This document shows, piece after piece, positions 13,113-27,257 of a stretch of 64,000 nucleotides of DNA. The position numbers and the translations under genes are program-made. Each line of letters begins with the position of its first letter. Positions within the stretch are counted from its first letter, which is position 1. Source of the DNA: Botryllus schlosseri (taxonomy: Eukaryota); the NCBI GenBank assembly GCA_051294905.1, contig CM119372.1, positions 16,804,001 through 16,868,000 of the forward strand. The letters are read 5' to 3'. The notes under the pieces are model-generated. The model saw nothing but the letters and a program-made list of their open reading frames with translations. It searched no databases and was not told where the DNA came from.

Positions 13113-15194
13113 ACACCATGTACCAAAAATTTAGTTGAGCCAATTTTTTGATATTTCCTATACCACATTACTTCATAAAACATGTTTCCGGCATTTTTTG
13201 CCACAAGTGTCGCTATAAAATGTCATTTCAGGCTTTTTAAACTTCCTGCACCATGTTTTTCAAGCTCCTTTATTGAATTTCCTATTAACTGTGACGTCAC
13301 ATTGATCCATGATTCAATTCATAATAGTTGGTTGTTAGTATCAATCATCTACTCAGTCTAAGTTAGTCAGTACTGGCAATAGGAAGCAATCTCAAATTCC
13401 TTTTCGTTTTGTTCTGTTAATGTGTATCTAGTGAGTAGAATCTCATCATTAATGTCAACAATACCAATTTAATCTGCCTGCTGGCTGTTATTGCTATATC
13501 TGTGGTCTGTATATCAGTTTGAAACAAGTTAAGTACAAAATATAGATATAAGTGAGGGTTTTTTATACTTATTAACTATACTTTGACATGGAGATTGGAG
13601 ACAAAGATAAAAACTGGGCATTTCATGTAATCTGCGAAACATGCCGATGAAATATGGATGGATGGCTAAGGGGAGATCGGCATTCAATGTCATTTGCTAT
13701 TAAAGAATCTGAGGAGAAATTAGAAAGCTTATTGATGACTGATATTTCTGTATGGGTGATATTCCAAGGTTCAGAATAACTAAGAATGAATTGACATTGC
13801 ATATCCTTCAATGCCATCTCCTCTTAAGTGCACCTGTTCCGTATTGCAGTAAGTTTTCACTGCTCAAATTATCAGGCAAAAAAGCTCCAGAAGACTCGAC
13901 AAGCCTTGAAGATATAGAAAATGACTCCGATGACGACTTCAAAATCTCTCATAAAGATATAAATCCAGTACCACACATTCCGAACCATCACGAACTTGAT
14001 GATTTAGTTGGGACACGCTATATCAAATGCGGAAACTCTGACTCTAAGGTTGAAACTAGGGAACTTGTTGCATTCATCGTGTCGTTGTCCTTCGTCGAGA
14101 AAATGGCATGAACGATTTTCACGGTATTTTTCTGTGACAGGTTCTCCTTGCTTATGCGGGAATGTTGGCAATCTTTTGTAAAGCACTTGACTATAAAATG
14201 ACTGCGAGAGAAGTAGGAGCATTGTAGGCATTTCGAGATGTAGATAAAAATTTTCTTGGAAATAAACGAAGCAATGAATATAAACCTCTGATAAACAATA
14301 TTATCGATTGAGATATATGAAAAAATGAAGTGGGCATGCCCTTAAAACGCATTACTTGCACTTTCACCTTGATTTTATTAGTTCAAATATGGGTGATGTA
14401 AACGAGGGACATAATGACGTGTTTCAGCAGGATCTGTATGATTTGGAAAGAAGATACTAAGGGTGATGGAGTTGCATCATGGTGGGGGATTGTTTACGGT
14501 CCATAATACCAATAGATTTCTCAGTCTAAAGACCCAAATCATGCAAACAAAACCACTTCGGAAATTTTTTCAAGTGTTTTCATCCTTTTATAATGTATGG
14601 TAGCCAACATTTGTGCATATTCTTTAATTTTGTTAGTGTGTTCGTACGTCCAATAAGGAATTATGCGTATTATTACAGGGAAATTTTGAGTAAAACGAGA
14701 AATCATAAAAAGTGACATTTTTCAAAGACTAGGGACACTTCAGAAGAAATTTTTGTATTTTAGTGATTGGTTTGGAATAGCAAAACACCACATAATTTTT
14801 TTTTTACTAAACTAAAATTTAACCAAATTTTGTGACATGGTGTTATTTGTGGTCCATAGTAAGAGAAAATTTCTCATTTCAAAGACGCAAGTCACGCAAA
14901 CAAAACCACTTCTGACCATTTTAAAGCGTTTGCATTGTTACTTGATGCATGAGTAAGCCATATTTGATCATATTATTCTTTTCATTAGCGTTTTATTACG
15001 TCCAATAAAGAATTATTGTGATCTAAACGGAGCAATTACAAGTAAAATCAAAAATTAGAGAAATTAACATTTCTTCAAAATTTGGGACACTTCAGGAAAA
15101 ATTTTGGTATTTTGGTAATTAGTTTAAAATACTAAAACACAATACATAAAAATTTCTAGCCAACTAAAACTTTTGAATTTTTTTTACATGTTGT
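13113..15194 (+). mobile_element. Decayed DNA transposon with transposase pseudogene (probably Tc1/mariner-superfamily related)
   Basis: TIR ACACCATGT at 13113 vs ACATGGTGT-TA (ends 14843) and ACATGTTGT-TA (ends 15194). Remnant translations GDKDKNWAFHVICETCR*NMDGWLRGDRHSMSFAI (~13595-13700) and HYLHFHLDFISSNMGDVNEGHNDVFQQDLYDLERRY*G*W (~14350-14470) match a widespread GDQDK.WAPH / HGERFHQD transposase family. The superfamily label is uncertain. Confidence 0.8.
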
Positions 15195-18100
15195 TATGAG
15201 CAAGCCAGTCTAAATAATGCCGAAAATTCCTTTGGTCAAATGGATAGAATGACGTGAAATGAGATTTGCTTGTGCCCACACCATTATAGGACACTGTGAT
15301 TATAGACTCGAGCACATTAACGACGCAGTCGATGAGACAGCTTCGTGGTAAAACGTTGACGGGTAGGTTGGGTAGTGGGTATGCTCAATGACGTCATTGC
15401 ATGTCCGTCAGCATCAATCGATATACATCTGACATTCTGACAGATCCTCGTCATATAAGAGCAATTATATAAGCATATAAGAAATTATGTTTGTCCGAGT
15501 AGCAGTGCATCGAAAAATATATTGTACAATACCAATGAATTCAATGATGATTCTTCCTAACGGAACCACCAATCGTCGTCTGGGAACGTTCGATGCCAAT
15601 CTCGATAAGGTAAAATTACATGATATAGATGGGTAATTTTGATAGTATTAACGTAAGCAAATGTCATTGAGCCAAATATATTAAGATTAACTTCGCCACA
15701 TCAGACGACGTTGCAGCATCGAATATATGACCAAATCAAGGTATATCCGATGGGAACGGTTGCTAATAAGTGCTTTCACTTCTCTGAATTTACAATGGAA
15801 TTCGCGTTTCTGTGCGCAGTTATATATTCTTATGCTAGGCTTATTAGATATAAATAAAGGTCACGGAGGTTACGTGAACAAGCTGCGTGTACACTACATG
15901 CTTAGTTGTATTTTTGCCAGATCTACTCAAAGCGCTTGTCGTTAGGATAGATGTTATCCAATACTTGACGCAGTGATGGCGAATCGTGAATCGTTACGAT
16001 CGCTACAACACCTGGAGAAATTTGACTTTCAAACCTCCGTCTATACACAATGATATATATATGTCATTGGTCTACATAAGTACAATTTGGTGTATAATGG
16101 TGGTTTCCATTTGCGACATTTTCATAATATTGAACTAAAGGTAACCCGCGAGAGTTTGCTATGTGGGCTGGTGTTGATTCTTCGACTCAACTCTGCTGCT
16201 AACGACTGCAGGCTTACCAACAACAATGGCAGTATACTGCAATGTTAATATAAAGCAACAGAATCCAGACAAAGATCATGCAATTTCTAACTTGCAATTC
16301 CAATCAAACCAGGACAGGAAATGGTTGACATCAAATGACGTCATTTGACGCTACTACAAGTAACAACATGTCATAAAGCTCGACGAAATCGGGCCTAGGA
16401 TGCCCGGGTCTTGCAGGCTTCGAGTTTTTATTATTAATTATCATTATGTGGAGATGGGAGATCGATACGAAAAACTGTAGTACGTAATAGGAATTCGTGG
16501 CAATGGGGCCAAAATATGAAATCATATGTCAATATATGTCTATTGGATTAGCAGGAAGAAACCATTTCAATGAAGAAGCCGCCAGCGAGTAGCATGCTGG
16601 ATGATCTATATATATATATATATATTAACAGGCACTATTTTTTTCCGGGTAACACATCTGGATATAATCACTAATGCATAGGTGAGATGTGGGACCGAAA
16701 AATACAAAATGCTCTGTGACGCCCAAACCTACAAACGAGAACAGCAGCACTGTAGTCAATCAACGCTTAGGTGAAGAGCTACATACCCTGAACATATCCA
16801 GGAATCTAGATTTCAGAAAAATATGTATTCAAACTAATCATCGGTCCTCACTCGGTGCATTCAAAACGCCTGACCTGGGGACTGATGAAACACTCAAATG
16901 TTCCAAAATATTCTGCTGTCTATAATCAAATCTACAGCAAGCCCAAAATGAATGTTTCTGCCATAGGGCAGATGTGGGACCGGTGGCACGAAAATGGAAA
17001 TTGCTCACTGGCCGTGAATCCTCAGCCGAGAACACCATGCAGATCTTTTGCTCGTTCAACGCATTGGCCCAAGCTTTACCTCTATTGCCGGCATATCGGG
17101 GAATCTCGATTAAACTCACGCTTAAAATTAGAACATTTCTGAATACATACATGTTACCATTTCCATCCATTCATTTATTCATATTTTATCGATTCAAAAA
17201 CACGGCAATATTTCGATACAATGAAAAGACAGGAAATTGTCGAAGCGACTTGTAGTAGACTTGGAAAATTGTGGAGTTGGTCAAAGTTTCGTATTTGTGG
17301 TCTTATTATTCCCACAATACACATATTCGCATTGTCGAATTATATGTACATCAAACTGTTCTTCTGGCTGAAATTGTGACGCAGTAAAACTTATGGAGTC
17401 ATATGTCATAAGCCGTTTAGAAGGGTATCCAGTAAACTCGGACGGAAGTGCATTTGATTTAGCTATGTCATATTATCGTACTAATGTTGTGATATATTAT
17501 ATATTATTTTAACATGAAACAAGCCATAAGTGGTATTCATGGTCGTTTATTATCAACTTCCGGTGAAAAAATGCACCGCCGCAACGAACCGTAACGAATC
17601 GCGAATGTAGCGAACTGCGTTAATCAATGGAGCCGTCTAAAATGTCCATTGTCCAGTCTTGAAATCGTTGATTCGAAACCATTATACATAAACGTAAGAG
17701 GCGCATGAATTTATTGTATCAATGGATGGAATGTTCCGGCATAGCAATGCCAGTATAGTTCCTGTATACATACCATATACAACATAGCTTGCATAATAAA
17801 CCTTCGTTATCTAGTTCTGTCCCCTATCCCATTCATCAAGATCACGTTAGAAATTGTTTGAAACTGGTCCGGAATCGTATCGCTGTAACAGCTATGTTTA
17901 TTCCCCATCCATGGTAGAGCTAAAATTAGGGATGGTGTGAACGTGAGGTTCGCGTTCGCGTTCTGTGTGTGAACCTCAGAAATATAGAGGTTCACGTTCA
18001 CAAACGAACCTTGGTAGGTTCTGCACTGTGAACCTTTTTCATATATTACAATTTTCACTTCATTACAACATATTTGGCTTAAGTTCAATGTATTTTTCAA

Positions 18101-18749
18101 CTATATGCATGTCGCTGGCAGCATGAAAAAAATCAACACCAAACGAGCATGCACCTTGACAATCACAAAGATTTTACTTGCTTTGTTACAAAAGTTTGCT
18201 CGAATATTTAGGGACTCTCTGCTGTCAACTTAACCCGCAATCACACAACATCAATACACTACATGTAGGTATAGTCAGCGAATGATGCTTATCAACCAAT
18301 AAATGGAATTTATATGTCGTTGCCTAATGTAAAAATTATAGCAGGCGTACGGACATAATCTTGATTTCAAATGTTTATTGTATAATAAAAACCAAATCCA
18401 TGCGATTGGGGCGTTGGCTGCTGCTGTATAACTTGTTAATGGGGTAATATCGGTAGCAAGTATAGAAAACCGTTTTACACTCTGCTCAATATCAACGTAG
18501 CAATACTAGGACGCCGAATGCATCGTCCGGTCTGGACTAGACCATTAAGACGTAAACGTATAGTCCCTTCCAAGTCCTCGTCGAGATTGTTGGCAAAGCG
18601 ACAGAAGATATTGATTTAATGGGGTTATTATATCATTTGATTGCTCCACTTGATACATTTCGCGACGTTTAAAACGCCAATATGTACCTTAGCATTGTGG
18701 CATTATGTGGCCCGAGTCGTCGCTAGTTATCGTGTACATTAATATAGGA

Positions 18750-20266
18750 CAGGGGCGGTCAACTTCTCCAGTCGGCGGGCCGGATGTAGAAAAATTATGT
18801 ACTGAGCGGGCCGGATTGCTGAATCGATACATTATCCACAATTCCACATATACAAGGAATAAATCGTATTTAATGAATGTATTTTAACGACAGCAATGTC
18901 ACTTCAAGGCCATTTCTCGCCGATAATGACGAAAGCAATGTGGATTTGAGAACAGTATCGTCATACAGGCGCCTCTATATGTCTGCTTCTCTCTGATCAA
19001 TTAACACACGGTGCAATCCTTGATTAAGATTTCAATGCGTTCGATAAGCCCGGTACCCCAAATTTACCAAGATATCAATTTATTAGGGTTGTGTACACCG
19101 TACCGCGTAAATGCCGATGATGCAAGTATTCTCGCTTCGACGAACTTACGCGTGAGCTCCAATCTCGTACGCTGCGCACACGTATATAATAGCACGTAAC
19201 ACGTATATAGTAACATACAGTCAGGAACGTAACCGCACATCGTCAGCCCCTCCCTCAAAATGTTGATATTGGGCCCCCCTAAACGCGCGAAGCGCGCAAA
19301 ATTTTCTATAATTCATGATTGAATCGGTCAATTTGATCTGGAATTGCATATATATTGCTATCATTTTTTATCCTCTCTCTGTTCACGTAATCATATTTAC
19401 CTGTAATATACGAGCAGAGTGAGGTGTCTTGGAAAATGTAGGGCCCCGAAATAATAATTAAACATCTTCGGGCGGGCCTGTTGGTATAACGAGACCTATC
19501 TGCTATGTCAAAATATATTGAAATCGCCCAAACATACTAAACTAAATGACGCACACGATTTCAAATTTGTATTTCTTTATTGGCTAATATAATTTTTTCT
19601 CTGCTGTATGGCATTTGTCTTGTGGGGTTCAGAGCGCCAGGACAGTAACATTCGGCACCAGCCATTTAGGCGGCAATGGACATTTAAACATGTAGCCTAT
19701 TTTATAGTTGTATGTATATATATATTGAAGTTTTCGGTCAGCACAAGGGCAATCCTTTTTGGCAAAGGTCTTCTCGCTGCTGATCGGTCTGACAAACTTC
19801 TTGGAGTCGCATGTTGCAGCATGGCCTACAACTTCGTATGTCGTGGTGCGTCGTGGGGCGGTAATGGCCAACGCCAGTCTCCATTTCTATACACCATGCG
19901 TATTTTTGTTGGTGGAAGACTACCCAATAATGAAGGTAATTGTCAAAAATAAATCGTGCGCAGCGCCAAAAATTTTTGAAACAGTTGCATAAATTTCTAA
20001 AGAAATACTTCATAATTCATTTAAATTGTCGCGAAATAATTTTGGCCCCCTTCGAGTGCGGCTCCCCCGATTCGGGGGTTTGGGGTGCGGCAGTTAAGCT
20101 CTTGCATACAGTCACTAAAATTTGACGTTTCAGCAAGAAGTGGAGAATCTCGGCAGACCGGGGCCGCGGGCCACATTATCATTTAAAACGGGAAACTGTC
20201 CGCGGGCCGGACAAAATCACGTCGCGGGCCGGATCCGGCCCGCGGGCCGTATGTTGCCCGCCCCTG
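18750..20266. mobile_element. hAT (Charlie-like) non-autonomous element
   Basis: TIR CAGGGGCGGTCAAC / GTTGCCCGCCCCTG, GGCCCGCGGGCC subterminal palindromes; degenerate TSD ATATAGGA vs ATACGGGG. Confidence 0.8.
19222..20104. mobile_element. hAT non-autonomous element, innermost of this nest
   Basis: Ends CAGGAACGTAAC / GTTAAGCTCTTG; perfect TSD CATACAGT at 19214-21 and 20105-12. Related ends at ~41303-41340 and ~42640-42980. Confidence 0.8.
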
Positions 20267-21487
20267 ATACGGGGCATAGGCTATCACTTCACTGGAATGT
20301 AGGGTTGGAATTAGCAATATGACGTCACGTGACGTCATAAGGTTCACGTTCGCGTTCACATAGAAACTTTCAAAAAGGTTCGCGTTCACGCGAACCTGAA
20401 CCTTTCAGAGGCTCCCACCATCCCTAGCTAAAACGCTATTCACCAGGGCGGAGTCCGTGGGTGCCGTGTGTTGTGATTTGCGACTTCCGTAGAAATGCGA
20501 AAGTTCATTATGTAAGGGTTTTAACCAAGAATAATGCGGGCCATGTTCCCATGTACTGCACGTGAACGATATCTAAGAAACAACGCGTGTGGATTGCAGG
20601 CACGCATGAAAATGCTGCGAGAACGGGTCGTGCGTTTTTCCTACCATCTGATACTAACTAATGCATTGGTACAATGCATGCGTGTATAGTTCCGTTCGTC
20701 CATCGTACAATATGAATGACGGCCTGACGGGTCGGATCAGAATATACCAGAGAAATAGATTGAATAATTGACGTTTCAGAAACTACCTGATTTGCCGATC
20801 CTAATCTATCATCATGAAACAACACAATGCAATAATATTAATAATTGATTGTCATCTGGGCTACAGAAGTAACCGTGGGTATACTGATAGGCCATATATA
20901 GTCTCGTTGATATGAAAACCGTGCTTTCCAATTTACCTTCGTCCCAGTTCACGGTCAAGTCTTAGGAAGTATGGTAGCTTGCGAGTTTTTACATTGCAAG
21001 TTCTCGATTCCTGACCTATATTTTATTATTTTATTCAGCACTGATGATTCACTAAGAGTTTGGCCACGGAACGTTTTCAAAACAGGAAATGGGCCACGAC
21101 CAAAAATATTGAAAATCACTGGCCATAACTAAATCTTGTGTCATTGCACACTGAATGGAAAGTGATAGAAGATAACATAAAAAGAATAAGCGATGAAATG
21201 AAGTAGAATATGTCGGTATAGACCAGGGTACGAGTATACCCACATGGGGTACGTTTGATAATTTTCACGGATACGCGAACAACTTCCCTTTTCTGTCACT
21301 GTGACCATTTCCATCATCAGCGACTTCAACGTTTGTGTGACATGCAAGAAACGTTTCAGCTTACTAGAAGTAGCGTATATTATAGGCTTAAACCATAGTT
21401 TTACACTGGCGTGTAACGTTACTCGCCTCATTGACATTAACTATAGTGCATCTCTTTCTCTACCACCGTGGTGAAGGGAGAGTTACT

Positions 21488-21824
21488 CAGGGTTACCATA
21501 CTTCCTCTATTAAGACGATTCGTCCTCTTTTTTGAAATTGTCCTCGGAGGACGCCCAAATGTCCTCTTTTTAGAGATTTTGTCCTCTTTTTTGAGAGTAT
21601 TGGTAAATATTGGGCAAAATTCGACTGAGAAACAGGAAATCAGCACTGAAGTAATGCTATGGCGGCTATTTCTGGAGCTGGACCGGAAGTTGACCTCTTT
21701 TTTTAGTCAACCGACCACGAGGTGGGAAAAATTTATTATTTTTTCCTGATTTAACTCCGATATTGCAAGTCTGAAAATTTTGAAAAAGTGTCCTCTTTTC
21801 AGATTTCCAAAATATGGTAACCCA
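21488..21824. mobile_element. MITE with AGGGTTACCATA TIR and GTCCTCTTTT repeats
   Basis: TIRs plus TSD GAGTTACT at 21480-87 and 21825-32. Other copies at ~32510-33388, ~33660-34088, 50017-50372, 53015-53431 and 63611-63985. Confidence 0.88.
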
Positions 21825-22032
21825 GAGTTACTGTACCTAGCTACCTGTAGATGTCCGATTAGTTCTACCAGAAACAGTGTCATCATTTTGTTATGATATT
21901 AACCCCCGTAGCCGAATTCGTGATATTATCTCGTAGACTCCTTTAATTTCTGATCCGTATATAGCAGAAAAAGTAAAGTAACTTATACCAGAAGGCGCCA
22001 CTACTACTTTTTACCATACTAATGATAATAAT

Positions 22033-23136
22033 TCATTTTCGCAGCACAATACCAATCGCTTCCTACAAAATACTAACGCAAAAGAATTCTGAAGCAAAAC
22101 ACGGACGGCAAATGCAGAATATGCCACAACCAAAATGAAACTGTAGCACAACTCATGTCTGGCTGTGGTGCACTTGCAGCTACCGAATACACATGGAGAC
22201 ACAATAGGATTGGTCACTACATTCATCTTGAATTATGCGAACATTTTAACATCACCAATTCGACAAAAAATTGGTACGAAAATTGGCCCAGCACTAGTGA
22301 CGGAAAACGACCATGTAAAACTTTTGTGGGATGTACCAGTTATAAGTGACCGCGAAATCAGGAACAACCGCCCGGATATGATCATTAAACTAAAAAAGAA
22401 GAGAGAATTCTTATTCATTGAACTGGCTGTCCCAGCCGATCACAACATACTAAAAATAAAGAATCAGAAAAACAATCCAAATACGCAGAACTCAAAATGG
22501 GATGTGAGAAAATGTGGTGATGCAAAATAAACATTGTACCGATAGTCATTGGCGCTACAGGTAAGCAAAAAACTCATGAGACATATCCAACAGATTCAGG
22601 ATAACGTTCGATTCGACATGATCCAAAAGATCACGTTATTGGGCACTGTGCATATTCTTCGGAAGGCCTTGAATGCACCACTGGACTAAAATTATACTAG
22701 TGAATCACAGCATCATTTCTGTAATTTCGATTCTTCATTTTCAATTATCTCTACCTCTGCTCTGTAACCCTTGCCAATTCTTCATCTACTGCAATTCTGT
22801 AATCTGACTTCTCCATGTACTGCATAGGAATAACAATTTGACTGCATCACTGAAATTTTAAAAAATTACTCAAATCTCGCCATTTTCCTTTGGGTGCAGG
22901 TTGCTCCCCGGATTATGTGTGTATTGACCAGTGTCTTACTGTGAATAAAGAATATAATAATCTCTGTAAACTGACTTCTCCATGTATTGCATAGGAATAA
23001 CAATTTAAATGTTTGACTGTATTACTGAAATTTAAAAATTTACTCCACTCTCGCCATTTTCCTTTGGGGGCAGGTTGCTTCCCGGATTATGTGTGTATTT
23101 ACCAGTTCTACTGTGAATAAAGAATATAGTAATAAT
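22033..23136 (+). mobile_element. 5'-truncated RLE-type non-LTR retrotransposon (R4/Dong-like), with a duplicated 3' end
   Basis: Degenerate zinc knuckle CRICHNQNETVAQLMSGC, then RHNRIGHYIH, KLLWD, NRPDMII, FIELAVP, IVPIVIGATG and QKITLLGTVHILRK, with frameshifts. The 3' end has AATAAA plus a (TAA)n tail, and the left flank is TAATGATAATAAT. Confidence 0.85.
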
Positions 23137-24681
23137 CTTGTTATGAAGGCTACTTGATTAACGCTATTGTAAAACTCTGTGTTTTGCTTGCGTCTAATGA
23201 AAAGCAGTTCTAATGCTAACGTCGTATCTAGTCAGTGACGCGCGATCAGCGGAGGCATTGTCTCACCTGTCGTCAAGATAAGTAAAAGAATCTTATGAAA
23301 GCAGTCAATTAGTGGCAATTTTCCACCTTGCATTGAAACAATGTGCGATCGATTAACGACGTAGTGAGCCAACAGAGATGTATGAAGTTGAGACGACAAC
23401 ATGTCACAGGTGAACATGAAATACTGCTTATTTGTTAGAGGTAAGGTGATATGATTATTAGTTGGTTAAAATACCTTTCGTGATGTGACTTTGGTGTATC
23501 ATCTGTACCTATAAAATTAATAATAAAAGTTGACAAATTCTAGTCAGAGATACTATTAAATTACAGATATGTTTGTCCTCATATAGCAGGATGCAAGCCC
23601 TAATCTTCATTCACATTAGCAATAATTTCCAGTTTAAAGGTTCCTAACAAAAATGTGTACTTCGACACAAATTTACTTAATCCGCATTAAATGCGTGTGA
23701 GGGAAGACTCAGCCAGCATGCAATTATAAGCAAATTCAAACAATGGAACAATTGGATTATCATAGAGAACTATCTGATTGTTTGCCGTCGTAACCACACT
23801 TCACCTTACACAAATACAGATCGGAGTCAAAAGCGCACAAGTACGACACAGCACGCGCGTACACGTCGTCCAATTATCATATGATCGACCTAAAAGATCA
23901 TCGATCTATTAAATATGCCGGACCTGACGGGTGGAACAGAATCCCGACGGTTATCCGACAGTCGACGAGCATGTCCACATTCAAGTCGAAATACCAGCGA
24001 TTTCTACTATAAGATTACTAGGGCAAGTTTTTGTTGCACTAAAATCGCGAGAAAGTTGCACTTATTTTTGACAAAAGTTGCAGTAAAAGTGGCATTTATT
24101 ATTTTTGTTGAATTAGTAGGGTATGAGATACTAGAAAGGTGCTGTTGTATAACCTAATTCCTGCAGAGCTGTCAAATTCGTTACTTTGTCATTTCACGGA
24201 CATTCTGGCGAGACCGCCAAAAATTATATATTTTTTTCCGGCACACAGCAAGAAAATTACGCATATATAAATAAAAAAAATAGCATAGCGATAAACTCCT
24301 CCCTCTAAAACAGTGGTTCTCAACCGGGGGTCCGCGGACCCCTGGGGGTCCGTGAAGCATTCTCAGGGGGTCCGCGAGGCCTCAAAATAGTTGATAACGT
24401 AAATTATACTTTCGAGATTCGGAAAATCACGAGGCAGTTTCGCTTCATTACTAGTAAGACTGCAGAGCTCACATCAACAGTATGGCCATCGGAGATAAAA
24501 ATATCCTACTCTACAGACTAATTTTAATTTCTAAATCGCCAATAGCCTACTGATACAAACATTTTGCTGTTTAGATATGTTTTGTTTGGAATTTTGGAAA
24601 AAATAGTTGGATGAGTAAGGTCAATAACGGTGACCTAGAAATGTTTACAAAAGTCCATTTCTCCTAGGATGTGATATACAC

Positions 24682-26929
24682 CAGTGGTTCTCAACCGCCG
24701 GTCCGCGGACAGTGCCGGTCCGCGACGACTATTCTGCCGGTCCGCCAGACATTTTGTAATTTTATACTTAATTGCAAAATGAAATAAGTAGAAGGCTCAT
24801 CAATGGATAAAATGAGCAACACATCACATTTAAAACTGAACAAAAACATCCACATTTTATTCGTACTACGCATTTCGTAGTACGTTTGGTTGTAGTGGGA
24901 AATGAGCAAAGGTGTTTGTCCCGACTCCGAAACGCTTCTTCTCTCGACAATATCGAATCGAAGAAAAATACTCAAGCTTGGGTATTCCCGGGTTCCCCAC
25001 CTAGGGGTCACGACCCCAACGGGTCCGTTTACCTATTCTACGTAGTCGCGGGGACAGAAATTGAATACCAATGACCATTGCAAGAATGCCATTAAACCGG
25101 GTGCTATCGGCAGTTCATTTCTGAATATTCTAGTTCATTTTGCAACATAGAAAAAAACGACCTCTGAAAAATGCGAACTTGGCAAACAAGGTATCGGGTC
25201 AGTCGAAGGGTCATACTAAAACGCCACTCACTCTAGCGTAAGGTTGGCATCTGGCCACCTCTATTAAAATTCAAATGTCGTGAGGCTAGAAATCAATGGG
25301 ATGGTAATTTTCATTCCAGGAAAACTACAAGTGACCGATAGTGCTATGTGTTAACATAGTGGTTCTCAAACTGGGTCCCGAGGTTCGTTTGGGGTCTGCG
25401 AGAAATGTTCCGAAAAATTCAAACCATCCGAAAAAACCTAAATTTTGGAATATAAAAAAATTCAGGCAAATTATTGTTAAATCAAACTAGATGGTAGCCG
25501 ACATAATATCATTAATCAAGATAAAGTAGAATATTTTAGTGCTAAATTATTCAATTTTAAATTTGAGTTTCGCCTTGCGCGCTTTAGTTTCACTACGCAT
25601 TTCTCAATTTTATTGTGCGTATTCCCACCCAGGAACAAAATACGCATAGATTTACAGAATTGAAATCTAAAGAATCTTCCTGCATTCGCAATGATGCGAG
25701 CATCGCTTAAGGCCGTTGAAATACTTTAATCTAGGAACGCGTAAAGAGTGACTGCATTATCGGCATTTCGGCGCTGAACGTTACGCGTCACGACACACTA
25801 CGACATAGACCGGTTTTGCCAACAAACGACTTCACGAGAAGTGCGCTGGAAAATATCACTGGCGGCATGTTGGCCGGAACCGTCGATATTGATCTGTTCA
25901 GGCACTGAAATAGTCGTCACGGAATAGTCCTAATCTAAGCCGCGCGCGGAGGAAAATAATTCTCCCAGTGTTAAAATGCGAATTGCAAAATGATTTTTTC
26001 TTTATTTCAGTCTGTTACGTGTTAGCGACTCCAATATTATTCGATTAGCCACAATCATTACCTGGGTTTACGAAATAACAACATGCTTCAACAAATTAAT
26101 TACTGTGATATTGACAAAATGTATACTCCCTAAAAGACTTCGCGAAAGGGTAGTGTTGAAATTACCGGATGCAATAAGAGGGGTCTGAAGAATTCTTTCC
26201 CAGAAATTATTGATCGCCCTTTGACGACCAAGCCCACCGTTTATGGGTGTTTGCGTTAATTTGGTAAGGCGCCGTGAGTCATACAAAAGATTGCGAAGCG
26301 ACCGTTTCGTGAAGTTTTCGTAAAAGTTTGAGAACCAGAGTTAACAGAACAAACAAACACCTTGAGCGCGGCCGAGCAACTTACAGATTGTTGTCTGCAT
26401 TTCGCGCGACGCAGAATTTCACGTAGCAGTATTCGACTTCTTTGAATCGATATAGATAGAAATCGTTCCAAAACAACAATGTATTGGTATATAGTCTGGG
26501 ACGGAGAACGAGATTGATACGCACATGGTCGTCAGCTTTCCGTATAGACCATAGGAGTAGGTTTGGGCGGGGGAGTGGTCACCATTTTTTGTAGTCAGCA
26601 CGCCAAATTGAGAGGTGAGGTCGCGGGACATTTTCAAAACGGTATTAGGTGTCTTGAGGTTGCGACCATAAAAGGGTTCGGATCCCCTGGTGTAGTCGGT
26701 TAATCCAAGGCCTTCGGCCTTCGACACACTACCACAGAATTTCATGAATGCCGTCATGAACACAAATTAAACCCTCAAAATGTCACTCTCTAGTAGCATT
26801 GCAAAAAAGGTTGCATGCTTTTATCGCAATTGCAATTCGGGTTTATTCAATTTTTGAAGATCCACCGGTCCGCCGACTATATTTTGAAATTTTACCGGTC
26901 CGCGAGCTCAAAAAGGTTGAGAACCACTG
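24682..26929. mobile_element. Nested hAT non-autonomous element
   Basis: TIR CAGTGGTTCTCAACC / GGTTGAGAACCACTG, CCGGTCCGCG repeats; TSD ATATACAC vs ATACAC. Confidence 0.85.
24988..26689. mobile_element. Further nested, older hAT element (GGGGTCACGACCCC type)
   Basis: Ends CCGGGTTCCCCACC / GGTTCGGATCCCCTG; degenerate TSD GGGTATTC vs GTGTAGTC. Confidence 0.6.
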
Positions 26930-26990
26930 ATACACGACCATTTTCCATAATAACTTCAAGATAAGCTGCTAAATAGAAATGACCAGGCTT

Positions 26991-27257
26991 TGTTTATTTG
27001 TTTTGTGATATTCGTCGTGTTTCTCGACTCATGCAATGGTCATTTACACCGGGCCGATATTTCTTATTTTTTGATTTCGTATCTGCCGACTTGTAGCACG
27101 GCCCAATTCTAGGCTTTTTTATGACACCGCGAAGAGGAGCCTAGCTAAACCTCCAACAGTTATGTAGGAGTTCTCGAGTCGACCTCGGCCCTACTCGAAC
27201 CCACAACCTATTAGTGTTGTAGCTGCGGATGATACCACTACGCTATCTCCCCACCCG
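26991..27257 (-). mobile_element. tRNA-derived SINE, family A
   Basis: Reverse complement of 1708-1987; 13-bp TSD AATGACCAGGCTT at 26978-26990 and 27258-27270. Confidence 0.9.

Larger units (their letters stand above)
17927..20426. mobile_element. Non-autonomous hAT element with GTTCGC/GTGAAC subterminal repeats (hosts two nested elements)
   Basis: TIR TAGGGATGGTG / CACCATCCCTA; TSD GCTAAAAT vs GCTAAAAC. Related fragments at ~9620-9830, ~33530-33600 and ~35800-35895. Confidence 0.88.

Noticed and set aside
15535..15615. Short ATG-initiated frame ending AAG|gtaaaa, a possible first exon
   Set aside because: No compatible downstream exon or homology found.
16689..17170. Overlapping ORFs that may be a LINE C-terminal remnant or an exon
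   Set aside because: No diagnostic motif that I could identify with confidence.
12293..21121. GGGCCAC-type hAT left end at 12293 and right end at 21121 as one large element
   Set aside because: The flanks (TATTGGAA vs GCCATAAC) are not a TSD; probably independent fragments.
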